Positions 26,440 to 52,872 of a stretch of DNA of 64,000 nt are shown here, piece after piece. Within the stretch, counting starts at the first letter, position 1. Each line of letters starts with the position of its first letter. The notes under the pieces were generated by a model. The model worked only from the letters and a program-made list of their open reading frames with translations, searched no databases and was not told where the DNA came from. Source of the stretch: Blastocystis sp. Blastoise (lineage: Eukaryota > Protista > Bigyra: Opalinata); the NCBI GenBank assembly GCA_039096225.1, contig JBBPEB010000014.1:62001-126000 (forward strand), read 5' to 3'. The position numbers and the translations under genes are program-made.

Positions 26440-28148
26440 ATGAGTTATAGTTCTGATGCCTATAAATATATTGCTTCCATGAATTCCATGGTGTCTTCGT
26501 TTGTTGTTAAACTTCATGATTCCGTAGCTGCTTGTAATAACAATTACAATATAAGCATCAATCCTGAAATTCAAATTCAAACTCTTATGAACGAATATTT
26601 TCTGATGATTTTAAGAAATCTTGGTAATTCATCAATTGGCGATAATGTTGAGAATTATCTTAAAGCATGTCGTCTATATAACAATAAAATACATAATGTA
26701 TATATAGAAGAATTTGTTGCAATTACATTTCAAGATACTTCAAAAGAAGTGAAGATTCCATTATCGATTATCAAAGAGAATCGTGATAGTTATTTATATA
26801 CATTATATGAGAATAAAGTAATAGATCAAGAGGATTCTATATATATTGATTATGATACTTCAATTGGTTTGATGTGTATGAATTTACTTATCAATGAAGA
26901 TTTAGATGCAAGTGGTTTCTCTCCTAGTTATATGGAGACTCTATTAAACTTCTATCGTTTCTTAGGTATACAATTACCTCGTCAATTTATGGATTTAGAT
27001 GGAATAAAGAATAATATCCAAGTAGATTGGAAGAAGGAGTATTCTCTACGAATAACATTTGATGGTAAATCAAATATATTAGTGAATGAATATATAGAGA
27101 GAAATAATAGAATAGAAGTAATAATGAATAAGTTGATGAAGAATAGATGTGAATATAATTATATAACTCGTCAATATTCTATAGATATAAAGAATAGTTG
27201 TATAGATTTATTAGAAGATTATATAAAGAATAGAAATAATACAGAATATAGAATAGATATCGATAAATATAAGAATGAATTAGATCAATATAATTTTCAA
27301 TCTCTTTGTTCTAGTATAATGATAGAAGAAGATTATTATCATTTATATTATAGTTTCTTTGATGAATTATTTGATTCTACTATATTACATGAACAGAAAG
27401 AAACTCCTAGATATATTCATCAATTAAGAGAATGGGTAGGAGAAGAAAAGAAATGGAAGCTATTATTTAGGTATGTTTTTGTTTTTGTTTTTAATTTTCA
27501 TTTAATTAGAATTACTTGTTTTTATTTATATTTATTTTTATTATATTAATTATATTTCTATTATTCTAAAAATAATTTATATCTATAATAATATATATAG
27601 AGCAAGTGAGCATGATTATTCTTCAAGTGAATTCCATCGTTATTGTGATCATCATGGAGAAACTATTACTCTGATTCGTCAATTAGGACATAATAGCCAA
27701 CAGAATATATTCGGAGGATATACTTCACAAAACTGGGAAAATGATACTTATGGAAGTATATATATATATATATATTCTTATTATTCTTATTATTCTTATT
27801 ATTCTTATTATTCTTATATATTTATTCATTATCTATATAGAATACAAAACAGATAATCAAGCATTTATATTTACACTTCAAAATGAGCATGCTATTCCTC
27901 CTACACAATATTCTGTTATACATCCTGAAAATGCTATTTATGTGCAATCAAATTCAGGACCCAATTTCGATAATATTGTTCTAAAGAATTATTGTAATCA
28001 AAATAGAGAAAGTTGTTGTCCAAATTACTCTACTTATTCTCATATTCATACAACATTTAATACATCTCTATTTGTGAATACAGGTGTTAAACATAGAAGT
28101 AATTATTTTATTGTTGATGAATATGAAGTCTATGGCCTTATTGAATAA
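26440..28148 (+). CDS. TLDc-domain protein with BTB-like N-terminal region, 3 exons
   Basis: Exons 26440-27470, 27601-~27755, 27841-28148; WKLLFR|ASEHDYSSSEFHRYCD, IFGGYTSQNW, AFIFTLQNEHAIPP, GPNF, FIVDEYEVY. Confidence 0.88.
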
Positions 28149-28769
28149 ACCTTTTATTTCAATTGATTATTTGTTTTCAAATTATAATCTTGTTTATTTT
28201 CTGTAATCTAGTTGTCTTTGTTCCATATTTTGATGTTTCTTTTGATTATTTTTATCTTTGTTTCGTTATTCATGCTATACTTGCTATTTTATGAATTTTC
28301 TCATTATAAATACTATATAATGATATAGTTATCATATATGACTATACAATAGAGGATTCATCTTTAATAACATGTATATAATACTATGCGACACTTGTAT
28401 CACCCCTATGTATAAGGTAGTTTTTAACTATTACTTCTAATCTACATTTCCACCATATCAACATATCATAGATTGAATTTTAGTAAGTATTATATCCAAT
28501 AAATGAATTTCATAGATATTACGACATAAAAAAAGGAAAATATGAATCTAATCTATAGATCAATATTTAAAAAAAAGAAATAATAAAATGAAAAATACAA
28601 AGAAATATAAATAATATATAAATAATATATAAATAATATGATTAAAATACTATATACTATTTATCGATGAAATATCTCAATCATTAAGAATCTGAAACTA
28701 TTATATATATATATATATATAATAATAATAACAGTAAAACATAAGTAATAACGTAGAGAAAAAAATGAT

Positions 28770-29900
28770 ATCAAAACCATTATGAAATTCACCTGTAGTA
28801 TAACCATGTTCACTTCCTCCATATATCTATATATATAATAAAATAAATCATAATTGATACTACATACCTAAATAATATTCCTCCTTTCTTTTATTCACCT
28901 ATTCAATTCATTAAAGGCATTGCCATAGATTTATTAGTAAGTATTCTTGTATAGGGGAAATACTTATATGGAAATATAAATCTTGTTGTTTCTTCTCTTC
29001 ATTTAGTATCCAATAAACTATACATTTCCTTCTCTAATAATTCTCTCTTTATATTCTTTGTTTCTTCTTCTGAAACATACACAATCATATTTTATGTATT
29101 CAGAAATAGCATCAATATACTCTCAATTCATAATTATAAACATCATATTTTGTTCCCATAATCATCAACATCTTATCATCATACTCATAAACAATAGTAT
29201 TCTATAGTCTATTCTTTATCATATAGTTCTTAAGAATTATTTCTTTCTTATCATCTATATTAAGAATATCATCACCAACTTTTTATATTCCTTTATTTTA
29301 TCATCTCTTCTATAAAGATTTATCATCAGCTCTTCTAGAATATATAAATTACAAAATTCTAATCATTCAATATGATACTTAATTTCAATTCCTCAACAAA
29401 AATTTTCTTATTTATCAACGAGCCAATAAGTAAAGCAACTATAGTCTCATCATATGGATATTCCAAATAAATGCAATCATCAACTATTTTTGATCCTTTT
29501 GAAATGATTCATTGATGTAACTACTAATCTAATTCCTCATTATTCTTTTTGGAAAGCAATAAACATGATCTTGATTTGTAAACCGATATGATCACTACCA
29601 TTATCATTGTCATTCATATCTAAATAATAATATTTGAATAAATGAAGGTTCTTAGATAATGAACTGTTTATCATGTTCATTCTTACCTTTCTTTCCATAA
29701 ACGTTTCTTTAATTATTTCAATCATTCGTTCATAGAGTCACCACAGTAAATACAAAGACTTATCGACTTCCTAAGATATCCAACCAAATCACTAATCAGT
29801 TTTTCAAAGTGATTTACATCTTTTTTATGTCATTTATATTCCTAGTATCATGCTCGACTTTCTCAGTTATCATTTCTAACAATTTGACAACAAAAACATA
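28770..29900 (-). pseudogene. Degenerate TLDc-family paralogue
   Basis: Remnants LMN*IGE*KKGGILF|gtatg and YGGSEHGYTTGEFHNGFD align with the TLDc exon1/exon2 junction of neighbouring genes; many stops. Confidence 0.6.
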
Positions 29901-31375
29901 ACAATTGTATTCTGTTTTAATTTCCACAGAAAAAATCCCTTTCTTCAGTAAAATTCACAATTATTCATAATTACATAAATTATTTGAATTTCTTTTAATG
30001 CACTTAATTACTTGAGTATTCCAAGTGAATTTATCTGTATTCATAATATGCATTTGTGTTCGTTTAATAAATAGCATTATATCAACTTATAAAAGAAATT
30101 AATTCATGAATGAGCTTTTATTATCAATTAGAATATATCTAATGAATAATTGAGTGATACCAAAACTTGCTTATTTTATTAATCAATACAATTGATCCAT
30201 ATCTTGAGATAAGAAATCATTTATTCAACTATCAAGTTTTATTATTATAATTTTTCATTTCTTAATGTGTTAAACTAAAGTATTTCCTTGGAAAATGAAT
30301 TCTTCTTTTCATAAAACGTTTTTTTAATGAATCATTAACAATTCACTCATAATTGCTTATTTGTATTATTAAACTGTTCTAACATATATACTCGATAATT
30401 ATAATCTTGTATAAGTTGTATAATAAGTATGAAAAAAAAAGTTTCTAAGGAATTTTGTTTAAATCTTTCTGAAATATTGAAAGTTTATCATATGTCTTTA
30501 TATCAACTCACACTAATATTATTATTGTTATCATATGTAGATATATATAAACTTATTATTGTCTTTTTGCAATCAATAAAAATCTATATTTTTAAATAAA
30601 AACCTATATTTTTGATGATAGATATATTATTTAGCGACACAATACATTAATTTCGTTCTTTTTTAATTATTTTTAATATAATACTATAAATTATTTTCAA
30701 TAACAATCTACAAATCTTCATAAGATATCATTATACAAAAAAAAAATATTTGTAATAAAAATTCATCTTTTTATGATATAATATCATAAACACATCTTTA
30801 TTATGTAATTAATAATAGAAACTCTATTACATGTATCAAATTCAAAGTTAAACAGATTACAATATTTCAACAAAAAACTTAACATAATAAAATTAATAGT
30901 ATTAAATATATTCCTATCTATTATCCATTTCAAATAAAAAATATATATATATACTCAATAGATATATTTATAGAAAAAATACTTCCATCAAAAACCACAA
31001 CCAATAATGTAAAAGCATATTACTACATATTAAATAGCATACATGTTTTCGTAAATTATTTAATAAAACTTTAAAAACATATTTTAGACTTTATAAACCA
31101 TATATATATTTAGTCCTTCAGTAGTTAAAAGACATTCAAGTTTTAATAATGTGATATAAAGTATATGTTATAAATCTAACTAATTAATTTAAATATTTCA
31201 TTAATTAATTTGCGTATAATTTACTTTTTAAAACATATAAAACCAAACAAATATTAAAATACAACTTGAATAAAAGAATTTATAATATGTAAAATGCGTG
31301 AACACCAAAAGGTGTATAAAAAATGACTATAATAATAAAATGCGAAATAAAATAAGGTTATATAATAAATAATAT

Positions 31376-34300
31376 TTAATTAATTTGTGAATCGTGTAAG
31401 AGGTAAATACGAACGACTTTATTGTCTATCTTAAAACTCTTACCAACGAAATAGTTTATAAATGTTAAAACAGCATTAGACATAGATTCTTTTATAGGAC
31501 CTTCAACATAATAGGTATTGAAAATATACTCCTTTAAATAACCATAATAATAGTCTTTCTGTTCCATATCTCTAAAACGTAGTTCCGTATAGAAAGCTGT
31601 ATCTCTAAATATTTGAACTTGATTTTCATCAGGAACTTCACCCTTAATCATAAATACATTGATATCGAAGTATTCAAATCTATATCCATAATACGACTTC
31701 ATATGTCCAAGGAAACGAGCAAATGCACGAGCTAAAGCATATCTAATTTCAGAACTAGCTCCTCTAGGATCCATATTTTCAATAACAATCTTAAGATGAA
31801 GATCAGACCATTTATTAGTAGTTGTAGGGAAATATTGAACATATGAATTAGTAGTATAATCTTTGAAAAGAGATTGATAATATTTTGCCTTACAATAACG
31901 AGTAATAGCACCATCAAATATAGTTCCAGAAGGTGCAGCGAAATTAGAGTATCCATAATAATGAAGAATAGTCTTAGGATATTCAATTTCTGGAACAATA
32001 GCAATTTGTTCGTTTGTATCATCAGGATTGGCATAGTAATCAAACTCAACATTAGTATCCTTAACAGGATAGCACATAGCAGGAGTAGCTTTAGAGAGAG
32101 CATCACCAACAACTAATTTATAAACACTCCAAAAATAACTAGTAGTTTCAAGAAGTTTAGCATTTAAATTATTTATAAATAATGGTTCATAGAACATATT
32201 CTGAGCATCGTTTGCAGACTCATATTGAGTTTCAAAAATAATTTCAAGAAGATTACCATAATTTTCAGATTCAGGAACAAAATCAATTTTAGTTATATAT
32301 ACATCTCTAACAGGAACATCAGAAACTTCAGTAAGAGCGAATAATAATTGTTCTTTAAACCAAAAAGAAGAAGGAACAATATTATATTGTACAGCTCCAT
32401 TTCTATCTTCAACATAAAAAGCAACTTTTGTATATGAATGACCTTCAGGAACTATTTTTATATCTGATCCAAAAAATCTATTTCTATGACAAACAGAAAC
32501 CATACTAACAATTGAAGCACGCTTAATAATAGAATTATAAGCACAATATCTTTCAGATATAGTATCTGTTTCTTCATCACATATTTCTTCATAAGATGTT
32601 GTAGTCAATGGAAGCAATGAACCTAAACTAGGTATATTATACTCATCACCACAACTAGGTTGAACAAAAACAGTATAATGAGTATCATCTACAGAACAAG
32701 TAAAATGCTCGTAACTCGAGATTGAAAAAGAAACAATAAAATTATCACCTTCTTTTCTAACAGTATATTGACTATCTTTTATTGTATTCTTATTTAATAC
32801 TTTTCCATTTTCATCTACACATGTAATGTCATCAATAGTAACATCAAAAGCATCAATAATAAATTCTTTATCTTGTTTAGTTACAATACTTAGGCATGGA
32901 GCTTTCATTACAAGATTCACATAAACATATTTAGGAGTTGCAATATATTTTTCTGTATCTTCAACAATAGGAGTAAACTTTATATAGAATTTTCCTTCAT
33001 TTCTACTACGATATTCTCCAGCAATATCTACTTGTTTAACATTTTCAATAGGATCAGGCAGAGAAATACCATAAGATGAGCAAGGAGTATTTTGTTCAAA
33101 GTTCGAACTAGCAGAACATTCCATAGTATATCCAACAATACCAATACATTCATCACTTTCTAATGTGCACTTTAGATTTAATTCACTTACATCTCTAACA
33201 AACTTTGTAATTGTTTGCTTATCATTAAGCTTAGTAATAGAATCATAAACAGTAAAAGCAGCTGTTTGAACGACAAAAAGATCGAAATCAAAATAGCAAT
33301 CAGAATCACTCTTAATATCTTCACTATGAGCAGGAATCTCAGCAGGATTATTTAAAACAGAATAATATTCTCCTTCTTTAGAAGAATCAAGATTAAAATG
33401 ACCACCATAGTAAGTATTACTTGATAATATACTAGCTTTAAACATTGAAGGATGTACATCATTAATAGTAGACCCATCAAGTTTAGTAAATTCAATTTTT
33501 TCAACAGAAGAAGTAGTAGACCAAGCAGTACAAGGAGAATTACCTCTCTGTTTATTTCTCAGACGAATACGATAACTAGATTGATCTAAACATAAGAAAA
33601 CTCTAAAATAAGGATCAAAACGACCACCTTGGAAATTAGCTAAACCATAATATTTTATAAGAGCTAATTCAGAATAGTGACCAGTAGATTCATCACGCTT
33701 ATATATTTCAAAACCTTCAGTACCTCCTCGAGTAGTAGCTAATTTATCAAAAACAACAACTCTTTGATTATTAGCACATTCTACAGGACCAAGATGAATA
33801 GTAATAATATCACTTTTACTACCAGTAGAAGAAGTAAAAGCAAGATCACCTACAACATAACCAGTATAAGCAGTTTCTCCTTCACGTTGTTCAGATAAAG
33901 TAGAGAAAGTCACATAAGAATCAGAAGCCCAAGAATTAGCAGTACGTTCATTATCATTAGTAAGAGCATACATTTCTAAAGTATAGTCACCACTAGCTAA
34001 ACAAACAGCATATTCAGCAACTAAACCCTTAAGAGCAGAACCTGAATTTCTTAAATAACGTCCCCAACCAGTAGCAGATTGATTATCAACATCAACAGTA
34101 TCACCAACTAACATACCTTCAGAATTAGTAAGACTGAAGACCTCACGTAAAGTATTACCATTATGGACTCTAGTAATTAAAACAGGATATTCACCAGCAT
34201 TAGTACAATCAAACTTTTCAATAAGAACTTCCTTCTTAGGAGTATCTTCATAGCCAGTTCTTATTGTAAAGGAAGCAGTCTTCTCAAAGGTAGAGACTAG

Positions 34301-35078
34301 AACTTTACCGGAAAAAATGAAATCGTCTTCAACAAAATTGAGACCGAGAGATTTTTCTCCAGTAAATGCTAATGAGACAGCAAAACTACCTTCAGTATTT
34401 GGACCAAGAGTATTATCTGAATTTAAAATAAGAGCGATTTCAGGTCGTATCTCAGAAGATGTAAAAGCATCAACATAAATAGTGTCAGTAATTCTATTAA
34501 TCAAAGGTTTATATATCAAGGTTTCATTCTTTTCAATAACAGTAAACTTCTGATCAAATTGAGCAGTATTTTGATAGCAAACACCACTATAATAATACTT
34601 AGTAACAGCATTCCTCACTTTTAAACAGTAACCTCTTGGTACTTCACTTCCAACAGCCATGTTATAATCATAGACAGCATTACTGGCAGTATTATCAGCT
34701 AGCAGACATATGGTTATTTTAGCAGTATGAGCCAAGATTTGTTCAACAGTAAATGAAATTGTCTTAGGACAGTTACCAGTGGTTAGTGTCTCTCCAGTAG
34801 ATACAGGAAGACCACAGACATTAGCATAAAATTTAGTCTCACTCTCATAAGGTTCATAGTAATAAGGAGTAATGTCTACAGTAGTATCAGCAGCAGGGTT
34901 TCCAATAAGATTTCCAGTCACCTCGACATCTATGAGAACATATCTATCACTTCCAATAGTACCACAAACTATATAAGATCAAGTGTGTAAACAAATCTAA
35001 TTGACTTTAAGCAAAAAATGTCATACCTGTTTGTCCAAGAGCAATAGTTGCAATGAAGAGAAGAAGTAAAAACTTCAT
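31376..35078 (-). CDS. Large secreted/surface protein of unknown function (~1210 aa)
   Basis: Exon 1 (35078-35027) MKFLLLLFIATIALGQT is a signal peptide; phase-1 intron 35026-34969 joins in frame to the long ORF; scattered Cys, no obvious TM helix. Confidence 0.88.
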
Positions 35079-35915
35079 TTTTAAATAATAAAAATAAAAA
35101 AAAATATGAAAATATTTTTCTTTTATTTCTTTTTCTTTTTTTTGCCACTACGATTTGTATTGGATAATTTAAAAATGTGATTGGAGAAAAAAAGAAAAAT
35201 AGCCAATGATTCATTGCTCATCAAAAGATTATCAGAAGTATACACTCTACGAAACCTATTTGAATTCTTGATATAGCCAATGAGCTTTTTCGCAAAAAGA
35301 GGAAATAAACATGATTAATTGAAAAGATTTGCATTAGCCAATAGTTTTATTCGATTTTTCGTATAGGATCCAAGGTCTGTACATTTATTTTCCGCCATTG
35401 ATTTAGATAGCTTAACACTGGAATGCTCTTGATCTTTAATTTTATAAATCATAAAGCACAATAGCTGGTTAAAATACGTATAAAGAGAGACAGTTATATA
35501 TAGAAATTATTAATTGTGTTTATTCTAAAAGCTCAAATGGAAAATAGCAAATGAGCTGTATGTTGCATCTACTGCACACATAACTAAGTATTAAAATGTC
35601 CATTTTAAAACTTAGTAGTATTATTAAAAGAAAAATATTTTTGTTTTTATATAAAAAAGAAAAATAAAAGTCAAATCTAGACTATTTTAAATACAAACGT
35701 ACATACATAATAATAACTGTTTAAATGTTAAGTATATTCTATGAAACAATATGAATGATAAATAATAAAAACACTTCTGACAACAGATGTTAAAAACAAT
35801 AGAAGAAAAAAAGAAATACTAAAAATAAATATATACGACTAATAAAAGATGAGATAAAAATCTAATCTATAGAGTAAAGATATACAATATATACACTACA
35901 TTTAAATAAAAATTA

Positions 35916-41838
<5,923 letters not shown>

Positions 41839-42525
41839 ACATTTATTTTACATATATTTTATAATATGTTTATAGCTATTTAACTTATTACTTTTCAAAA
41901 TATTTTATTATACTTAACCATTTAAGCTACATATCTTTCATAAACCATATTAATATTTATTATTAAACTTTTTTATTTCATGCAAATGTTATATTTTAAC
42001 CGAATCCAATTATATTTTATTATAATATATTTAAGAACTCTTTAATAATTTCATTAAACATATTATTGAACCATAGTGCTGTTTTAATAATATATATATA
42101 TATATATATATATGTTTTTTAAGCTAATTTATGATATAAAATATAGAATTTGAATAAATTATAAAACGTTATTCATACAACATATTTAAATAATGACTCT
42201 ATTAATAGAGACTAAAACATATTGAACAAAATGATTTTTTACTTTTTTCTTGTATGAGTGGAATTAAGCAATATATAGAATGAAACCCAAATATATATCA
42301 GAGTATATATGTTTAATTATCATTTTAAATTTATAAAGTGTTGCGTTTTTGAATGATATTAAAAAATATACATTTCCCTTTAATAGAATCTTAATATTGC
42401 TAATCTTAATAAAGGACAGAACAACAAACAAATAGAAAATAAGGATATTTATTATGAATAATATAATGAATAAAAAATATTTATTAAAAATTAAAATATA
42501 TATATATATATTTTGTATATAAAAA

Positions 42526-44174
42526 CTAAGCTCTTCCCCACACTTCGTACTCTTCGACTTGAAAGTAGTTATAATTTTCACTACTATTTGTATTCACAAA
42601 TAAGGAACTCTTTTGAGGTGTGTTGAATTCATCATAGCAGGATGCATGGCAATAAGAATCATTGTTACTATGACAGTTATTCGATAAATAAATATCGCAA
42701 TCGTATCCGAAGTTTGGGGCATACACTTTATCTGAACAAATAGCGAAACTTTTATCACTATTTATATAACCATATTTAGTAGCAGGAATACCATGTTCAT
42801 TAATTAATGTAAATACAAACTCTTTTGAATAAGATTTCCAACCTATAATATATATAATAGTATATATATATAGTATAAATATATATATAAACCAATATAC
42901 CTGGATATTCTAGAGACTCCCAACTTTGATCTGTATATCCTCCAAATACATTAATCTGATTATCATGACCTATATGCTTGATTATAGTTACTGTTTCTCC
43001 TTTATTATCGCAATATTTATGGAATTCGTCTTTATCATAATTATGTTCACTTGCTCTATATATAATATATAATCATTAAAAACATATATAAAGTAATAGT
43101 GACAATACAAACTAATAATATTAGCAATGGCTATAAACTTAAAAAGCTTAATAATATATACCTAAACAATAATTTCCACTTTTTTTCTTCTCCAAGCCAA
43201 TCTACTAAAGAAACAATATTATCTTCATTTAATATCAACGATTGCTTAAAATTTCCTTTTACTAATTTCTTATGAGCTTCTTTTCTTCCTTTATCACCAA
43301 ATAATTCATTCATTTCTTTCTTTAATAATTCTTTATTAATATCGTTAATCTTATCTTCTTCTATATCTATATATCCGTTATTTACATATTGAGTAATATA
43401 ATTAATATATTCATATTGTTTATTCATATATAAACTATCTTCAATATGATTATAATCAACAAATCCATTATTATAATTCATAACATAATTATTCCATAAT
43501 CCATTATTTATTAAATATTCTTTAATATTATCATTATTATTTCCATTAGTTATTAAATCAACATTATCACCATTGCTGTATTTCTTCATTTTTGTTTCTT
43601 TTCGCTCTCTGACGAACAATAATTCCTCAGGAATTGGTAATCTACAAAATTCAAATAAATCTAATAGTTCAAGCTTTTCGAGATAACTAAATTCACTAAA
43701 ATTAACTTTTTCACCATTAAGATAATCCAATAAATAATACACAAAAGCATCATTTCCACAATAATCAAGATATATTGTTCCATCAATTGTTCTACGTTCA
43801 TCAGCACGACATTCATCAATAAAAGAGCCCTTTAGCGAATCAATAACTACGTTTGACACCTTAAAAACAGGACCATTATTCGTAAAACGAATAAGTTCCA
43901 TTCCTTTGTTATTAAATTCATCATCAGGAGATAAATGCATATTCATTCTACTGTATACAAGAATTTCATTAAGAGACTTTTCATAAGGATACAAGAAATC
44001 TTCTTCTTCTGATCTACGAATTGTATTCATACGCTCGTTCAGATATCTGAGTATACTTAATAAATTATTACCAATGTTAATAATACAAGTAATCATCACA
44101 ATTATACTCATAGCTATACATTTATATATAATGAAGTTCTTATTAGTCTCTTGATCTTGATCTCCACTATTCAT
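42526..44174 (-). CDS. TLDc-domain protein in the spacer of the inverted duplication
   Basis: WLGEEKKWKLLFR|ASEHNYDKDEFHKYCDNKGETVTII, VFGGYT, FVFTLINEHGIPA, APNFG, FQVEEYEVW. Confidence 0.88.
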
Positions 44175-44508
44175 GATGTTCTATATTTTAATATCTTTAA
44201 ATTAAAAATAAAAATGAGAAAACAATAGAAAAAACTTTTTAATTTTGGAATCTAGAGCAAAATCTGAAAATCTCATTGTTTAAAAAGTACTAGCTTTGTG
44301 ATATTTTTCGTTTTTATATTTTTATATAGTTTTTTCTTATTTTTAATATTAGGCTGCATATATGATATATTCTGTATATATATATGTCTCAAAAATATGG
44401 TAAACACAAAAAAAAAATGACTTCTTAATTGATCTCAAGTTTGTTGTTCGTAAATAATATAACTGATATACGTATAGTACGCTTTATTCTTATAAAGAGT
44501 GTATTGTA

Positions 44509-50370
<5,862 letters not shown>

Positions 50371-51484
50371 CCTTTGTTTCTATGATCTCTTTTTTTTCTG
50401 TCCTCTGTTGGCTTTTAAACACGTTTACAGCACGTTTCTCTATCTCATGTGTATTCAGTCATTCTCTTCATCAATATATACCTATATATATAGGCTTTAT
50501 TAGTTAATGTTTTAATTTTTTTACGTTTTAGTCTTATTAGTTAATGAATCTGTCGTTTTGTTTTATGTGTACATTTTCTGTTATTTATATACTCTATTAT
50601 AACAACTCGAAATATTAGTTCATTTATTATTATTTCCACTCCTCTTTATAAATAGCTGATTCTTATATATAATATGCATTAAAACGCATAGAAAAAGAAT
50701 TTCAATTACAAGAACATATTAATTTCTATATATATATAAAGAATTACATGATAGATACATTACAGAATTCTATTAGCGTTTTTTTATTGAATTACAAAGT
50801 ATTTTTTGCACTAATAATAAAACAAATAATTAATAATATGTAGTTAGAAACGATGTATAAGGACGTTATTATATAAAAAATAATTTATCTTTATATTCTC
50901 ATATACTTCTATCTTATCTAAACATAACAGGTGAAAAATCGTAATCCATAAAGGAAAACGAGGACAAAATATGTAAAGAAAACAGATATAATCATATTCT
51001 TTTGTTTATATGTATTCCTGAGGTTATCTGATGTATTTGAATACTATATACTCTTTTAATACACAAGTTTTAAATAATTTGACATTCACCAATTAAAGAA
51101 CTGAAACGCAATTCTTTTGAATTCGATATATTTCTATATTCTGTTTCAATCATTGATCTTTGAGATAAAATAATAGTTGCTATTACAACATATATGTGTT
51201 TTTTCTTATTTCAATCACTTATATGCACATATTAAATGATCAGAATGTGATATAAAGATCATTTTCTGTATATAAATGTTAATGTGATGAAATAATAAAA
51301 AGAAAACTTTGTGATTGTGTTTTGATTCTTTTTAGAAACAAAGACAATAATTTGAAATAATCTTGAGTATTCTTGCTATTTCAAAAAAAAAATAAAAACT
51401 TTTATTCCTTTAATATGTATGTTTAATATTACTATGGCTATTCATTTAATGTGTTCTAGTTTTTAATACGTCGTTATTTGAATT

Positions 51485-52530
51485 ATGCAACACTATATGC
51501 CCAATTTAACAGGTACATGGAAATTAGATGTTAATAAATCAGACTCTGTTCTCAGCTATCTATTAAGTTTAGGAGTTCCAGAATTAGCTGCTCAAGCTTC
51601 TTCAAAATTAGCTGATATCATATGTATTGATCAAACCTCAGACGTTATGAATATCACCAGGATGTCACGATATGGTAAAGATATAAAACATTTAAAATTT
51701 GGTGAAGAAATCTCAGTAAAATCTGTTATGGGAGGTAATCATAAAGTATATATAGAATAATATTGATTAATAAGCATTTAATGAAAATCTTATTTATTTA
51801 CATATTCTTATTTCTATTATTTTACATATGTTTCTGTTTATTGTATCATTTTTCTTTCTTTTTCTTTTTTATTATTCATAACCATAGATTATTTTGCATT
51901 ACAATGTTATTTACCGTTCTTTTGATATAGATAATATGTGCTGCTTATCCTGATTGTATTAAGACAACTACCACATTTGCTCAGAATCGTGGTCATTTAG
52001 TTGACACTCGTCGCTTAGAAGATGGAGGTAGATGTATGCATACTACACTTCAATATATAACTGCAGATGGAAAGGAGATCACTTATAATAGATTCTTTAC
52101 AAAGAGTGCATATACTGCAGAAGAACTGATTGCTCAATCCGAAGATATTGGGAGAATCAAAAGGTTTATATTTTTATTTATTTTTATTTATTTATATTTT
52201 TATTTTTATTTTTATTTATTTATATTTTTATTTATATTTATATTTATATTTATATTTATATTTATATTTATATTTATATTTATATTTATATTTATATTTA
52301 TATTTATATTTATTTTTATATTTATATTTATATTTATATTTATTTTTATATTTATATTTATATTTATATTTATATTTATTTATTTATTTATATATTAAAT
52401 AAATATTTATATGTAACTCTTTGAATAGTTATTCTTATATAAATATTAATAACCTAAATTATTTATTCATCTCTTATTATTAACATATATATATAGTCCC
52501 AAAGAAGATGATTTTGAATCTGATGAATAA
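51485..52530 (+). CDS. Lipocalin/fatty-acid-binding-protein-like protein, 3 exons
   Basis: N-terminal NLTGTWKLDVNKSDSVLSYLLSLGV matches the FABP GxWKL..S....YL..LGV signature; exons 51485-51746, 51931-~52163, 52497-52530. Confidence 0.72.
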
Positions 52531-52872
52531 ACGCATTATATATATATATATATATATTATTATTTATATCATTTATTACAATTATATATTGAATACATTA
52601 TTATTAACTTTTTAGTTTTTATAACAGTTTTTTATTGTATATTTCACTCTGCTTGTTTGTTTATGTATATTTGTATATAACTCTTTGATTATAGATTTAA
52701 ATAAACAAAATACATTTTATGAAATAAGATAAAATATATATCGTTGTTTTGCGATCTATATTTTTTTTTTTGTGATAAAACGTTATTGACATATAAATAC
52801 AAAAAATATAGGATTTCAATAATAGATTCATATCATGTCAAATAAGAAGAGTACAAAAAAATATTATTAGTA

